A stretch of 64,000 bases of DNA. It comes from Octopus vulgaris. Taxonomy: Eukaryota. The stretch covers positions 187,054,001-187,118,000 of the forward strand of contig OX597815.1 of assembly GCA_951406725.2 (NCBI GenBank), read 5' to 3'. This document shows, piece after piece, positions 12,550-27,499 of this stretch. How positions within the stretch are numbered: the stretch's first letter is position 1; each line of letters begins with the position of its first letter. The position numbers and the translations under genes are program-made. Below the pieces are notes generated by a model that was not told where the DNA came from, did not search any database, and was given only the letters and a program-made list of their open reading frames with translations.

Positions 12550-14369
12550 GTAAGTGGCACATTTTTGGCAACTTATATATTATTTTGTTTGCTATTTAGG
12601 AAAAATAATTTGAAGATTGTGGAATGCCAACTTTTATCATTCATCTATAGAAAATGATAGCATTCTTTCCTTTGCTTTTGTTCCATTGCTTTTATCATTT
12701 TAAATCTGTATTCCGCTTTTTTTTTTCTTTAGCTTTTTATTTGTTTTTTGCTTTGTTAAAAACTATTCATTATTAAATCATATTTTTGTTTAACATTTTA
12801 AATTTTGTCGAGCATTTTGAGTTGCAGCTATTTCATTAGCAATATTAATTATTTATTAGTTTAGAATTACTTCCAAGCACAAATGAATTTGTGGATATTT
12901 TTGCTTTAATTTTAAAAGAACAAAATCTTAGATTTTATCATATTTAGTATTAAAAAAGATAAATAAAGATCATGCATAATCATACATATATTATCAAATG
13001 CAGAAAATCTGAGGTATTCCTAAATTGGCACAAGAGCAAAAACAAAAGGGAAATGGAAGATTTAATTATGTAGAACGATAGTAAACCATTTCTGATTTGC
13101 TAATTACAAACGCTTTTTGCTTTTGGGTACAATGAGAAAGTCATTCATAAAGCTAGAGTTCAACAAAGTAAAATTTATATTTTTGTCTGGCTAAATTTTC
13201 TTAATAGAAGTCGTACAAGATTCTATCAAAAATTTGTTTATTTGTCTATTTTAATCAAAATTCACAAGTCTTTCAGACAGAAACCAACCAAATATGAAAT
13301 GAAGTTTATCAAGAATCTCTTTTACCTATTCCCCCAGTTCACATTTTCCAAATTCTTTTGGAACACCATATTTTGTTTTAGACAGAGAAAGTGTAACTAA
13401 TTTATGGAGAACAAATTATGCCATTACTCTGGTGATTATATTGTCACCCAACTAATTGGTTATATCTTTTCCTATTCCAAGGAATGGCTTTACGTCTAAA
13501 ATAGATATCTTTATGAAAGACTCAGAGATCTAGTTTCTATTATAACTTGAGGCTTAATTTCCCAAAGCGGGAGTCTCTACGTGGACACTCAACCTGCAAA
13601 ACATAGCAACTAAAACACCCTCAAATTGCTGGAGAATACTTATAGAGGGAAAAAAACAAGATAGAATAATCATATTCTCTTTTCTCATATTACTTATTTT
13701 ATCACATTTCCCCTCTAAGTATTCACTCTATTTCGTTTTTTGATTTGGTTTGCAAGATTCTTTATATGAGTTCGTGTGTTGAAGCATATTCTGTTGTGTT
13801 TGGGGAGAGTCATTTTCTTTTTGTGCCTTATAATTTAACACACTCACCGGTAAAATTTCCTCTTTTTTTCTTATTTTTATTTTCCTAAAATTTTCGTTGC
13901 GTCTTGCAACCTTTTCAATAGTTTTGACTCCATAAGGAAAAAAGGGAAAATTTTACCGGTGAGTGTGTTATATTATAAGGCACAAAAAGAAAATGACTCT
14001 CCCCAGACACAACAGAATATTCACTCTATCGTAGGCATATAAATATTGTCCTTCTTGTCACCTCACTTTGTCTGCCTGCACTATCATTTCCCCTACAGCC
14101 CCCTGCCCCACTCTCTATATTTCTGTTGGGTCAACTGATTCCTTGCCCCACCAGCAGTCTTGCTGTGCCAGCCAACAATTATTTCTCTCTCTACACACAC
14201 ACACTCGCACACACATATATATATTCTTTTTTTTTTCACTTGTTTTAGTCATTTGACTGCAGCCATGCTGGAGCACTGCCTTAAAGGGGCTTAGTCAAAG
14301 AAATCAGCCCCAGGACTTATTCTTTGTAAGCCTAGTACTTATTCTATCAATCTCCTTTTGCAGGGACAA

Positions 14370-14400
<31 letters not shown>

Positions 14401-14598
14401 ATATAAAAAATACAAATACATACATACATATATATACATATCAAACTCCCTCATTCACCAAATGCTACATATCAGAGGAAGTTTCTAATTATTTATGGTG
14501 TAGCAAAGCCAATGGTGGTGCCCCAGCATGACCACAGATTTTGAACTGAAACTAGTTAAAGAGTTAGAGTTATATACACAACCCACACACACACACAT

Positions 14599-14631
<33 letters not shown>

Positions 14632-17600
14632 TATATCTCTCCCAATCTATCAATCACCCATCTGTCTGTAATCTATTCTGATGCAGCTTTTGTTATAACA
14701 CTCTATTACTCTTTTTTCTGCCTCTCTCGGTACAGTCAATGTTTTTCTCCTACCACATTCCACCAACATCACAGAGGAACTAGAAAATAAAAAAGGACAC
14801 TTCAAATGGCCTTTAATAAAACTGATCCTCATTGTCAACAATGAAAACGTTGACCAATTTATCCTGTTTTGGTTTAATTATCATCGTTATTTTTTATTTT
14901 TATTTTCTTAATTACTATTAGATTCGTTATGGCAACACCGAAGTTCATCCAGGGATGAATCTCACCCCATCAATGACTAAACATCAACCACACATCAAGT
15001 TTGAAGCTGAGGCAAATTCTTATTATACCTTAATTATGAATGGTAAGTAATTAATTGTTCTGCATATCTGACGGTTCTCATGACATCTCATTGTCTTTAA
15101 CAATATAAAGATGACTTTAGGGTGGCAAGCTGGCAGAATCGTTAGGACGCCGGGCAAAATGCTTAGCGGTATTTCGTCTGCCGTTATGTTCTGAGTTCAA
15201 ACTCCACCAAGGTCAACTTTGCCTTTCATCCTTTCGGGGTTGATTAAATAAGTACCAGTTATGCACTGGGGTCGATATAATCGACTTAATCCCTTTGTCT
15301 CTCCTTGTTTATCCTCTCTGTGTTTAGCCCCTTGTGGGTAGTAAAGAAATAGGTATTTTGTCTGCCATTACGTTCTGAGTTCAAACTCCGCCGAGGTCAA
15401 CTTTGCCTTTCATCCTTTCAGGGTCAATCAAATAAGTACCAGTTATGCACTAGGGTCGGTGTAATTGACTTAAACCCTTTGTTTGTCCCCTCTATGTTTA
15501 GCCCCCTGTGGGCAATAAAGAAATAACTATAAAGATGACTGTGTTTACGATAAACACCTTCTCCTTTATATATAATCTCCTTTAATGATATAATTCATCA
15601 TCATCCTCATTTAGCTTCCATTTTCCTTGCTGGCATGGGTTGGGCGGTTTGATACGAGTTGGTGATGATGGAGAGCTGCACCAGGCTCCAATTGTCAGTT
15701 TTGGCATGGTTTCTATGGCTGGGTGCTCTTTCTAATGCTAACCACTTCACAGAGTGTACTGGGTGCTTTATACAATGCTCCAGCATTGGTGCTTAATACG
15801 TGGCACCAGCACAGATACTTTATATGTGTCACCAGCACGAGTACCTTTACGTGGCAATTCATAAATAAATTTAAGATACGTTAATAAACTCGATAGTGGA
15901 GGCACAATGGCCCAGTGGTTATGGCAGTGGACTCACGGTCAGTGGATTGCAGTTTCAATTCCCAGACCGGGCATTGTGTGTGTTTTTTGAGCGAAAACAC
16001 CAAAAAGCTCCACGAGGCTCCAGCAGGGGATGGGCGACCCCTATTGTACTCTTTTGCCCCAACTTTCCCTCACTGTCTCTTCCTGTTTCTTGAGTAACGC
16101 TGCAATGGACTGGTGTCCCGTCCAGCTGGGGGGAACACATATGCCACAGAAACTGGGAAACCAGGCCCATGAGCCTGGCTAGGCTTGAAAAGGGCGGGAA
16201 AAAAAATAAACTCGATAAATGATTCTTGCAGCACCATAGGTCCTTGCATTGTAAAATTAAATGCTGACACTAATGTCATTGCATATTACAAGTGAGTGCT
16301 GATCAATATGTAAATTGTCCTGGCCTTGCATGTTTTAATTAAGTGTGGCTCCCTAATACAATTGCTGAGTTTGCTACAGCTAATGTAACAGTGCCAGTCC
16401 ACAAAGCTCATGATCCCTATACAGAGATACGCATTGGGCAATGAGTTCATTGGTCTATTTGAGTGGCCAGCTTTTTGTGCTAGTGTCTTCTGAAGTATCT
16501 TGCCTGTAACAAACCTTTGATACTATTATTAAATCTAAGCATCATTCGGGCATGGTTGCCGCCGGTGCTGCACTGGTGGCATGTAAAAAGCACCCACTAC
16601 ACTCTCAGAGTGGTTGGATTTGGAAAAACATCCAGCTGTAGAAACCTTGCTGGATTCAGGCAGTTAACTGGCAGAAACGTTAGCACACCAGGTGAAATGC
16701 TTAGCAGTATTTCATCTGCCGCTACATTCTGAGTTCAAATTCCACCGAGGTCGACTTTGTCTTTCATCCTTTCGGATAATCGGCTTAATCTGTTTGTCTG
16801 TCCTTGTTTGTCCCCTCTGTGTGTAACCACCTGTGGGCAGTAAAGAAATAAGAAACCTTGCCAGATCAGATTGGAGCCTGGTGCAGCTCCTGGCTTGCCA
16901 GTCCTCATTCAAACCGTCCAACCCATGTCAGTATGGAAAGCAGATGTTGAACAATGATGATGATGATGATGACGATTTGAGATTTCAGTTGTATAAATGT
17001 ATTTTGTACAAGTGACACATACTTTTGCATAAATAGTGAACATGTTATCCTTAACAGAACTAAGTTTAGTCCTAGTGGCATAAACTACAAATTAGGAACA
17101 TTGTTTGTTGGAACTCAATCTTATTCCTTTAACCATTTATAGTATGAAGATTATTCCATCGAATCCAACATTTGTTCCTTCACTTTGTTTTGAAATAATC
17201 ATGCATTACCTCATAGCTTTGAGATTTTTGATGATGTGATTGTTTATTTGTAGAATGACATTATCGAGTAAGTGTGAGAGGTATGATCTGGCCAGTTTTA
17301 ATGTAAAACAGTAGAACATTTGAATCAGATATGGTCCATTTAAATGCTAAAGAGCTAAGACAGCTTTTCCTGGGGATTCCCAATATTGTAATACATTCTT
17401 TGCCAGTGGCACATAAAAGCACCATTCGAGTGTGATTGTTACCAGCATCACCTTACTGGCACTTGAGCCCTGTGCTAGTAGGATGCTAAGAGCACCATCC
17501 GAACGTGATCGTTGCTAGAGGGGCTAACTGGCCTCCGTGCAGGTGGCACGTAAAAGGCACCATTCGAGCGTGATTGTTACCAGCATCACCTTACTGGCCC

Positions 17601-18159
17601 CTGTGCCGGTGGCACGTAAAAGCACCCACTACACTCTCAGAGTGGTTGACGTTATAGGAAGGGCATCAAGCTGTAGAAACTCTGCCAGATCAAGATTGAA
17701 GCCTGGAGCAGCCATCTGGTTCGCCAGCCCTCAGTCAAATTCGTCCAACCCATGCTAGCATGGAAAGCAGACATTAAACGATGATGATGATGATTCTTTC
17801 ACCTTGATATCTTTAAAACCAAATCATTATCATTTCTACCTGAAAATTCAATGCAACTAAACAAACAGAAAAAAAAATATTAAACCAAAATTTTAAGCAT
17901 TTATAGTGATAGGAATGACTGAATAACTAAAGTCAGCTTGCCAAATATCTGATCTGTTAGTTTATACAATGTTATATTATTGATATGAACAGATATTTAT
18001 CGAGATAATTCTTCTACCATATTTCTATGATTATGTTTTTATATTTCAGCTAATTAAAGCATCATTCATTAAGGTTGCATAAATATCATGTTCAAAGAAT
18101 CAAAGAATACATTTAATGTTCAAAGATTGCACAAATATGTAATTTATCAACAGAGTCTT

Positions 18160-18213
<54 letters not shown>

Positions 18214-21200
18214 TATGTATACAAATACCATGCATATATGAATAATTTGAAGATTGCAATAAATATCCTAAGATTCCATACATATCATGTTCAAAGAATA
18301 TATTTAAATATCAGAACCAATCTTTAAATTTTCAAACTATTCTATTCTGTTCCAAATATGGTGGTTTATTTATTTATCGCAGAAACATGAGAAAAATGTT
18401 TATTGTGTGTTTATAAAGCCTCGCATCCAAATGAAGTTGAGAGAATGATGTTTGTGCTTTCAAGTAAAGAGACTTCAAACAGAAATTCTTCTGATTCTGC
18501 ATTGACACCAGGGCACAGGGTTGGTTTATTAGGGTCTTATCTTTACCCCTCTAGTGTCTTGTTAAAGATATTTATCATCTTACAAGTTGAGGAGTTAGAA
18601 CAAAGCCCAAAGAGCTGGATTAGATGTTTATGATATCTCATAACTATATATATACTAGCAGCTAAGCCCGGTTTCACCCGGTCTGTTTGGATGATGTGGC
18701 TATGATCGTTTTCGGTTAGGCATAATCTATAACAGCATTTCTCAACCTTTTTATTTTGGGTCCCCTGTTTCGATTGGATCCTCCAGCTATATGAAAATTT
18801 CCTGACCCCACCCCATCAGAAAACAGCTTCTAAGCAACTGGTTGTTTTAATGGCAGAAGAAAGAGGGGAATTCCATTAGAAAAAGTTTTAATCGATTTTC
18901 TTGATAAGTATGGGGGTTAGCAAAAAAATACAAACTGCATTCCAATCTGTGCTCCTGTCTCCACATGTGTGCCATTTTTCATGCAAATCCACCTGGCCGT
19001 TTGGCTGTGAACCTCAAGACAAGAAAGAATACAATGATCGCCCATGTCCAATTTATATTATAGATGATTCTAAACGCATATTTACCTGTGCTCATAATTA
19101 CAACCAAATTTCGAATTTATTATAGAATTGAAATATTTCGAGATCAGTGACGAAAAGTTACTGGAACAACGATATAAGTATTTGCATTGGAACCCCTTTC
19201 ATCGAAAACCAGTGATTGTCGTACGCTGATGACAGGTCAATACCTAGAAACTGCAGTCTGTGCGTATCACTTAGGTTGACGAGGGAAGGATGACCTCCCT
19301 TTGCAAACCTTAGGGCACAGAAAGTGTGCCTAAAGCCAGCTGGAGACGATGTTCTCCTGGGGCTACAAGCTACAGTAACACCCACCCTTAGTGGCTAGCC
19401 ATGTTGAGATGGCAAACATACCTCACATTGTCGTGCAGTTACTGTTTATACCTCGTTCAGAGATTTATTATTGAAATATTTTGTTTATTGGGAAATATAT
19501 TACTGTGAATCATGCGAAATTATTTCTTTTATTTACAAAAAGAAGAGAAAGAAAAATATTAAAAGTATGAATGATAAAATTATTGAAAAAACACCCATAA
19601 ATACTTAACCTAGGAAACAAAGAGAAAGTAAAAAGGGAGAGGATTAGGCAGCAGAAGATAGGGGTGGGGTCAGTAACAGGTAAAGAGACTGACCAGCGAC
19701 ACCTGCTGCAGCAAGCATCCCATCTCTCAGGGTTCGTTTCTCAGACAGGTCACAGAAATGTTTTTTAATCCCAGCAGACAAAATGGTGCTTGCATTACTC
19801 TAAAAAAATGGCAAGAGAGGTGCACTGAAAGTGACATTCCACTTCATACGGCTCGTCCTTGCAGGTAGCAATCTCTGACCCAATTAAACTGAGTAAAGGA
19901 GTGGTTCAGGGGTCCAGGCCTCTGGTTACTTCCACCACTGTAGGTTAACCCTTTAGCATTTAAACAGGCCATATCCGGCCAAAAGTATTCTGCCTGTTTT
20001 ATGTTCAAACTGGTCAGATCTGGTCTCTCACACCAACCCTACAATATCGTTTTAAAAAATTAACAGCTACCTCATCAAAATCTCATAGCTACAAAATAAT
20101 GTACGATTAGTTCAAAACAATGTGGATGAAAAGGCATTAATTTTGGCAGAATAATGCGAACTCTAAAGGGTTAAATGAGAAATCTATTGTGGAGTAGCTA
20201 GCATCTAGTTACCTTGTGCTCCTCAACCTTTCAAGCAACAAAACCAAGGTCTTCTGTTGATTTCATTTGGTTGATGCAAGAGAAAATATCACAGCAGGTC
20301 ACATGATGTTACTATGTGTCTTAACATGTGGAGGCGCAATGGCCTAGTGGTTAGAGCAGCGGACTCGCGGTCGTAGGATCGCGGTTTCGATTCCCAGACT
20401 GGGCGTTGTGAGTGTTTATTGAGCAAAAACACCTAAAAGCTCCACGAGGCTCCGGCAGGGGGTGGTGGCGATCCCTGCTGTACTCTTTCGCCACACCTAA
20501 AAAAAAAGGCGGTGAACTGGCAGAAACTTTAGCACGCCGGGCGAAATGCTTAGCAGTATTTCGTCTGCCGCTACGAGCTGAGTTCAAATTCCGCCGAGGT
20601 CGAATTTGCCTTACATCCTTTCAGGGTCGATTAAATAAGTACCAGTTACGCACTGGGGTCGGTGTAATCGACTTAATCCCTTTGTCTGTCCCTTCTATGT
20701 TTAGCTCCTTGTGGGCAATAAAGAAATATATGTGTCTTAACATTTTGGATTAGATAAAATAAGTAATTACAATTAAGAATTTGTAGAAGATACCTGCAAC
20801 TTGGGCAATTGTCCAGGGCATCATATACCAGGGAAATAATGTTTCATGTTTGGGATCTTTTAAATACAAAAGGAAATTAAAAGCAAAATATGAAAAATTT
20901 CTTGAGTGGAATGAAGCTTATTTTAAAATGTTGCCTAGGTAATATTAACAGATGTGACCTCTTCCCTGAACTAGATATTGCAGAAGAATTATTTCCTGGA
21001 GACGTTAAGCTTCCGACAGAAGCTGTTAGATTCATCAACAATATTAAGTTACAGGATGTCATGTCAAATCTGTGGGATGCATTAAAAACAATGTTTATAA
21101 TAATTTTTAACTGTGGCCATGAGAGAGAAAAGCTTTAGTTAGCTAAAGCTTATAAAAGACACATTTACGGTCGACCATAACATAAGACCGAATAAATTCT

Positions 21201-21456
21201 ATGGCAATTTCCTCAGTTGAAAATAATGTTGCAAAAATGATAAATTTAGAAAGTGCTATGAAAACCAAGTAAGGGAGTTTAAATTAGAATAATGTATATT
21301 TTCCAGCATCTGTTTTCTAATTCATATTCTTTGGGGTATTAAAAGAAAATCTGTCACATCTACAGAAGGTCAAAGGTTCCACTGAGACTTACTCTCAACC
21401 CTCAATCAGTATTTGTAACGAAAATGTGTTGAGATCATTCCTAGTATTATGGACAT

Positions 21457-21514
<58 letters not shown>

Positions 21515-24191
21515 TCTCTTCTTCCCTTAGTAATGTTCTTTCCACTATAGGTACAAAGCCTGAAATTTAGGAAGTAAGGTGGGGTTAGCCCCAGTTCTTG
21601 ACTGGCATCAATTTTATTGAGACCCTGAAAGGATTTAAAGCAAAGCTGACCTCAGTGGAATTTGAACTCAGAATGTAAAGAGACGGCAGAAATGTCATTA
21701 AACATCTTGTCGAACATGCAAATGATTCTGCCAGCTTCTCTCACCCCCTTATCCCCACCTAGCAACGGGAAGATTAAAGTGGCACACTGAAAGAATCATT
21801 AGTTCACCCAGGGAAAAATGCTTTAAGGCATTACATCCATCCCTTTATCCCTTTACTAGTTTCAGTCATTTGACTGTGGTCATGCTGGAGCACCACCTTG
21901 AAAATCCATATTTACATTCTGAGATCAAATTCCTCTGACTTAGTCTTTTATTCTTTCAGGGTCGATAAAATAAGTACCAGTTGAATACTGGGGTCAATGT
22001 AATCAACTTACCCCTTCCTCCGATCTTGATGACCATATGCCAAAATTTGAAGCCAGTATCAATGAGGAGATCTGAAGATCTGATACTGTCTTTCAGCTAT
22101 TTTTTTTTTTTAATAATCATCATCATCATCCAGCATTTTAAATCAAGGTTTTGTCCCCATTAACAGGGGTGGCCGGATCTACCTCAATGCCATAGTAACT
22201 GAGGAATGCAGGTGCAGCCCACCCCAACCTTTGGGCTGGCTGGTGCCTATTCTCCTTCACTATCATGAGGCTTTTTTGGAGCTGGATTTTCTATGGGGAA
22301 CATTCCCTTACTTACCCCCAACCTCAGTTTCTAGACACGAGTGGTCCCGAGACCAAGGCCTCTACCACGATTTTTAAGAAATGTAGTGGAAAACTAGCTC
22401 AGGAAGGCAGGGACACCACTCCCCGAGACCCTTTTCAGAGCCCCTTACCTAAATTAATTTTAATAAATACTTTATTCCTACCTTTGCTGCAGTTTTCTCT
22501 CTTTTTATGTTTTTTCAAAACTTTTGTAGAAAAGCCTCTGAAATTCAGTTTTCCCAAGATGCCATTAACTCTAGTTCCAGCTTCTTAATATTGGCTTCAA
22601 ATCTTAGCATAAGACCAGCAATTTTAGGAGAGGGATTAATCGATTATATCAACCCTAGTACTTAACTGGTTCTTAATTTATCAGCCTTAAAAGTTGGAAA
22701 GGCAAAGTCAACCTTGACAGACTTCAAACTCAGAATGTGAAATGCTAAACAAATGCCATTATGCATTTTATCCAGCATTCTAGCAAGTCTTCCACCACAA
22801 CGCCTTCCTTACTTCCTTATATGAACCCAATATACAATTATTGTTATCATCTTAAAAAGCACATGAGGTGGTGAGCTGGTAGAATTGTTAGCACGCCGGG
22901 CGAAATGCTTAGCGGTATTTCGTCTGCCACTACGTTCTGAGTTCAAATTCCGCTGAAGTCAACTTTGTCTTTCTCCTTTCGGGGTCGATTAAATAAGTAC
23001 CAGTTACGCACTGGGGTCGATATAATCGATTTAATTCGTTTGTCTGTCCTTGTTTGTCCCCTCCAAGTTTAGCCCCTTGTGGGTAGTAAAGAAATAGGTA
23101 TTTTGTCTGTAGCTACATTCTGAGTTCAAATTCCGCTGAGGTCGACTTTGCCTTTCATCCTTCCTGGGTTGATAAAATAAGTACCAGTTATGCACTGAGG
23201 TCAATGTAATTGACTATCCCTCTCCCCCAAATTTCAGGCCTTGTGCCTATAGTAGAAAGGGTTTTAAAAAGCACATGCATGTGTCCTTTTTTTTTTTTCC
23301 CCCCTTTTTCTTATTGGACTAACTTTTGTTAAATTTACTTAATATTTCTCTAAATAATTCCTTATTGTTTCTTTCCTTAAAAGATGCTGATTTTCCAAGT
23401 CATTCTGACCAGAAAATGAGTGAATTCCAGCATTGGTTAATAGTTAACATCCCAGGAAGTGATCTGAGCAGAGGTGATGTGTTGACTGAATATGTTGGCC
23501 CCTTACCAAACAAGGGCTCTGGTAAATATATTTATGCTTTAAACCTTTTCCTACAACATTCCTTCCTGTTAAAATATACTGCTTTAATTTCTGTCGGTTC
23601 TGAAAATACTGAAAAATTTATTAAAGTAATTTTGTTGTTATTAAGCTGGTGTTTGCAACATTAATTAACATGAAATTTTAATGAAAGCTTTTAATTTGAA
23701 TTAGTTTAAATCACTTTAATCTTTTCAATACCAACCCACCTCTGGCTCTGTAGTAAAATGTCTTGTTTTCATAAGTTCTGAATTAAAATCTTCCAGTAAA
23801 CCTTAGTCACAATTTATGTTCCTGACACTAGCTTAATGGTAACTAAGTTATTTTACTAAATTCTTTGTTATATTTAAAGTAATTGAAAGAAACACAGAGC
23901 ATCTCAACAGAAATATGGTAACAAAAGGTTTAACAAATGATTAATCTAACCCTTTTGATACCAACCTGCCTGATACCGCCTCTGACTCTGTAGTACAAAT
24001 GTCTTGTTTTCATAAGTTTTGAATTAAAAACTTTTCACCAAACCTTAGTCACAATTTATGTTCCTAATACTAGCTTCTTTGTTATACTTAAAATTAACTG
24101 GAAGAAACACAGAGCATCTCAACAGAAATACAGTAAAGAAAGGGTTAAATCAGAGCCATGAGGTGTGAAGCAAGCTTCTTACCACATAGCT

Positions 24192-24231
<40 letters not shown>

Positions 24232-24702
24232 GCAGGACATATTCTGTTCTGAACAGTAAACATAATAACATGATTTTCTTCCCCCTTTTTTTTCCAGAAT
24301 ATGTGAATTCTATGACTCTTTTTTTCCCTCATGATTTCTTAATTTCAAATTCAAATTTCTAATCCCATCAAATATGAAGAAATCATTATCTACTCTGTAC
24401 TATGTGCCTGCTAAGGGACGCCACAATATTGCAATATCTTTCCCATTATTCATGTGTTTTAAAACTGTTTCCATAGTCTAACAATATACAAAGTTACTCT
24501 CTCTTTTCTCTTTTACTTGTTTCAGTCATTTGACTGTGGCCATACTGGAGCACCGGCTCTATTCGAGCAAAGGACTTATTCTTTGTAAGCCTAGTACTTA
24601 TTCTATCGGTCTCTTTTGCCAAACTGCTAAGTTACGGGAATGTAGACACACCACCATCGGTTGTCAAGCAATGTTGGGGGGGACAAACACAAACACATAA
24701 AT

Positions 24703-24765
<63 letters not shown>

Positions 24766-27457
24766 CATATATACATATGCATATATATGACAGGCTTCTT
24801 TCAGTTTCCGTTTACCAAATCCACTCACAAGGCTTTGGTCGGCCCAAGGCTATAGTAGAAGACACTTGCCCAAGGTGTCATGCAGTGGGAATGAACCCGG
24901 AACCATGTGGTTGGTAAGCAAGCTACTTACCACACAGCCACTCATTTATTTCTACACTTTTACTTGAAAACTTAATTCTTCTTTGAAATATTGAACTTTA
25001 ATCACTCAGATATTCATATCACAGCTGCTTATCTTTAGTGATTTTGGTTTAACTTTTAAATGACAATTCACTTCTCTAATACTTAGTAAGATTTATATAC
25101 TAAGATTAAAATATATTACTAATGTTATATTAAATACTTGTAACAATTTATAATTTCAATGTCTACTTCAAATCTAGACTTCAATGACGAATGTTTTTTA
25201 TACGTAACATAATTGAAATTGTTAGACATACTTAATGTACGATTATGAAATTCTCTAGTTTATAGTATTTCGGGAAATCTTTCAACTGTTTGTCTAAGAT
25301 GGCGGACGAAGTGAGCTAAGTCAAAGAAATAATCATAATAATCAATGATTATTGTAAAATTCCAATTTTGTGTAGAATTTGTTTGATAAATTTTATTTTG
25401 GCCCTCTTTGTTATAAGCTTTTATCTTTAGACATAGGAGTGGCTGTGTGGTAAGTAGCTTGCTTACCAACCACTTGGTTCCGGGTTCAGTCCTGCTGTGT
25501 GTGTGGCACCTTGGGCAAGTGTCTTCTACTATAGCCTGGGGCCGACCAAAGCCTTGAGTGGATTTGGTAGATGGAAACTGAAGGAAGCCCGTCGTATATA
25601 TGTATATATATATTTGTATGTGTGTGCATGTGTTTGTGTGTCTGTGTTTGTCCCACCAACATCGCTTGACAACTGATGCTGGTGTGTTTACATCCTCATA
25701 ACTTAGCGGTTCGGCAAAAGAGACTGATAGAATAAGTACTAGGCTTACAAAGAATAAGTCCTGGGGTTGATTTGCTCGACTAAAGGCAGTGCTCCAGCAT
25801 GGCCACAGTTAGACGACTGAAACAAGTAAAAGAGTAAAAGAGCACAGCTGGATTGGTATTTTAGATACATATTTAATGGAAGACTGATAAATTTTTTTAT
25901 GCTTTTTCCTTACAGTCTAAATATAAAAGTAGTTTTTTTTGTCTTTTTTTTAATTAGTAAACTGAAATATAATACCAAAGCCTGGGCCAACCAAAGCCTT
26001 GTGAATGGATTTGGTAGACGGAAACTGAAAGAAGCCTGTCGTAGATGTGTGTGTATCTATGTATGTGTATCTGTGTTTGTCCCCCCTCCACTGCTTGACA
26101 ACCAGTGTTGGTGTGTTTATGTCCCTGTAACTTAGCGGTATGGCAAAAGAGATTGATAGAATAAGTAATCAGGCTTGAAAAAACAAGTAGTTGGGGTTGA
26201 TATATTCAACTACTAATTCTTCAAGGTGGTGTCCCAGCATGGCCACAATCTAATTACTAAAACAAGTAAAAGATAATAGTAATGTCTAATGCACTTAATG
26301 AGTGCCATGAAAGAGTCTTGTTTATATGATTGACACAAAGTAACTTACCTTTAACTCTTTAATTTGCTAATTGTTAATGATTATTTGTTTACCTTCACTT
26401 TGGTTTAGAGCAGTTTGTTTTGATGAAGACAGATAAAACGCCACAAAGCTTTTGTCTAGCATGCTAACTGTTCTACCAGCTTGCTGCCTTTTTTTAAATA
26501 ATACAAATAGTCCTTGCATCCCTTTCACTATAATATTTTCTTTTTATATAAATGCTGGTATTATTATCACTACGACAAATTAAAACCAAAAGTGTGAAAC
26601 ATTATACTGAAGATTTTTATGCTTCTAAAACATATATATTTAGTCCCACTTAGTAATGGAATTCAGTAATTATGAAATTATTTGCAATTCTTTCCCCCCA
26701 GTCTCCGTTCTATGTTGTAAGTAAATCTGAAATGTCACGGAAGTTCCCCAGTCCCCCCTTTAATGAAATGTCTCTGCTATGGTTCACTAGTCTAACTTTC
26801 ATAATGGTTCTTCGGTTTTTACCATATTCCTGCCTGGAGGCAATGTTATATAGCTATGTTTCAGACAACTTAGATTCTGTTATGTTAAATATCATTTAAA
26901 CAATAATATCTGAAAATGATGGGATTAAGAAAAACACTAAAATCACACAAATCTTGCTTAACCTGACAGATTAAAATGTCATCTGTATTTGTCTAAGTAA
27001 AGAGCAGCAGATTGTAGGATAAGTAAGGGTCAGACAAAATGACGAGCAGTCTTCAACCCTTTATATTTTCAGCTCAGAACACTGTAGGGTTCAGCTCCAT
27101 CTCTTTTACATCTTTTTAAATTCAATCTAATAACTATTAGTCAACGTAATAAACTAATCCATTTCTACACAAGTACAAATAAATCATACAGAGCATAAGT
27201 TTGTCTACATCATGTCATACATATTGTAGTATTTCCTTATGTGTCATTACTCTTTTACTCTTTAACTCTTTTACTTGTTTCAGTCATTTGACTGCGGCCA
27301 TGCTGGTGCACCCCCTTTAGTCGAGAAAATCGACCCAGGACTTATTCTTTGTAAGCCTGGTACTTATTCTATCGGCCTCTTTTGCCCGAACTGCTAAGTT
27401 ACGGGGACGTAAACACACCACCATCGGTTGTCAAGCAATGTTGGAGGGACAAACACT

Positions 27458-27499
<42 letters not shown>

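Noticed and set aside
12308-12553. 81-aa ORF overlapping the gene 1 start
   Set aside because: It is in a different frame from the PEBP exon. The real frame starts at ATG 12481, as shown by homology to gene 2 exon 1.
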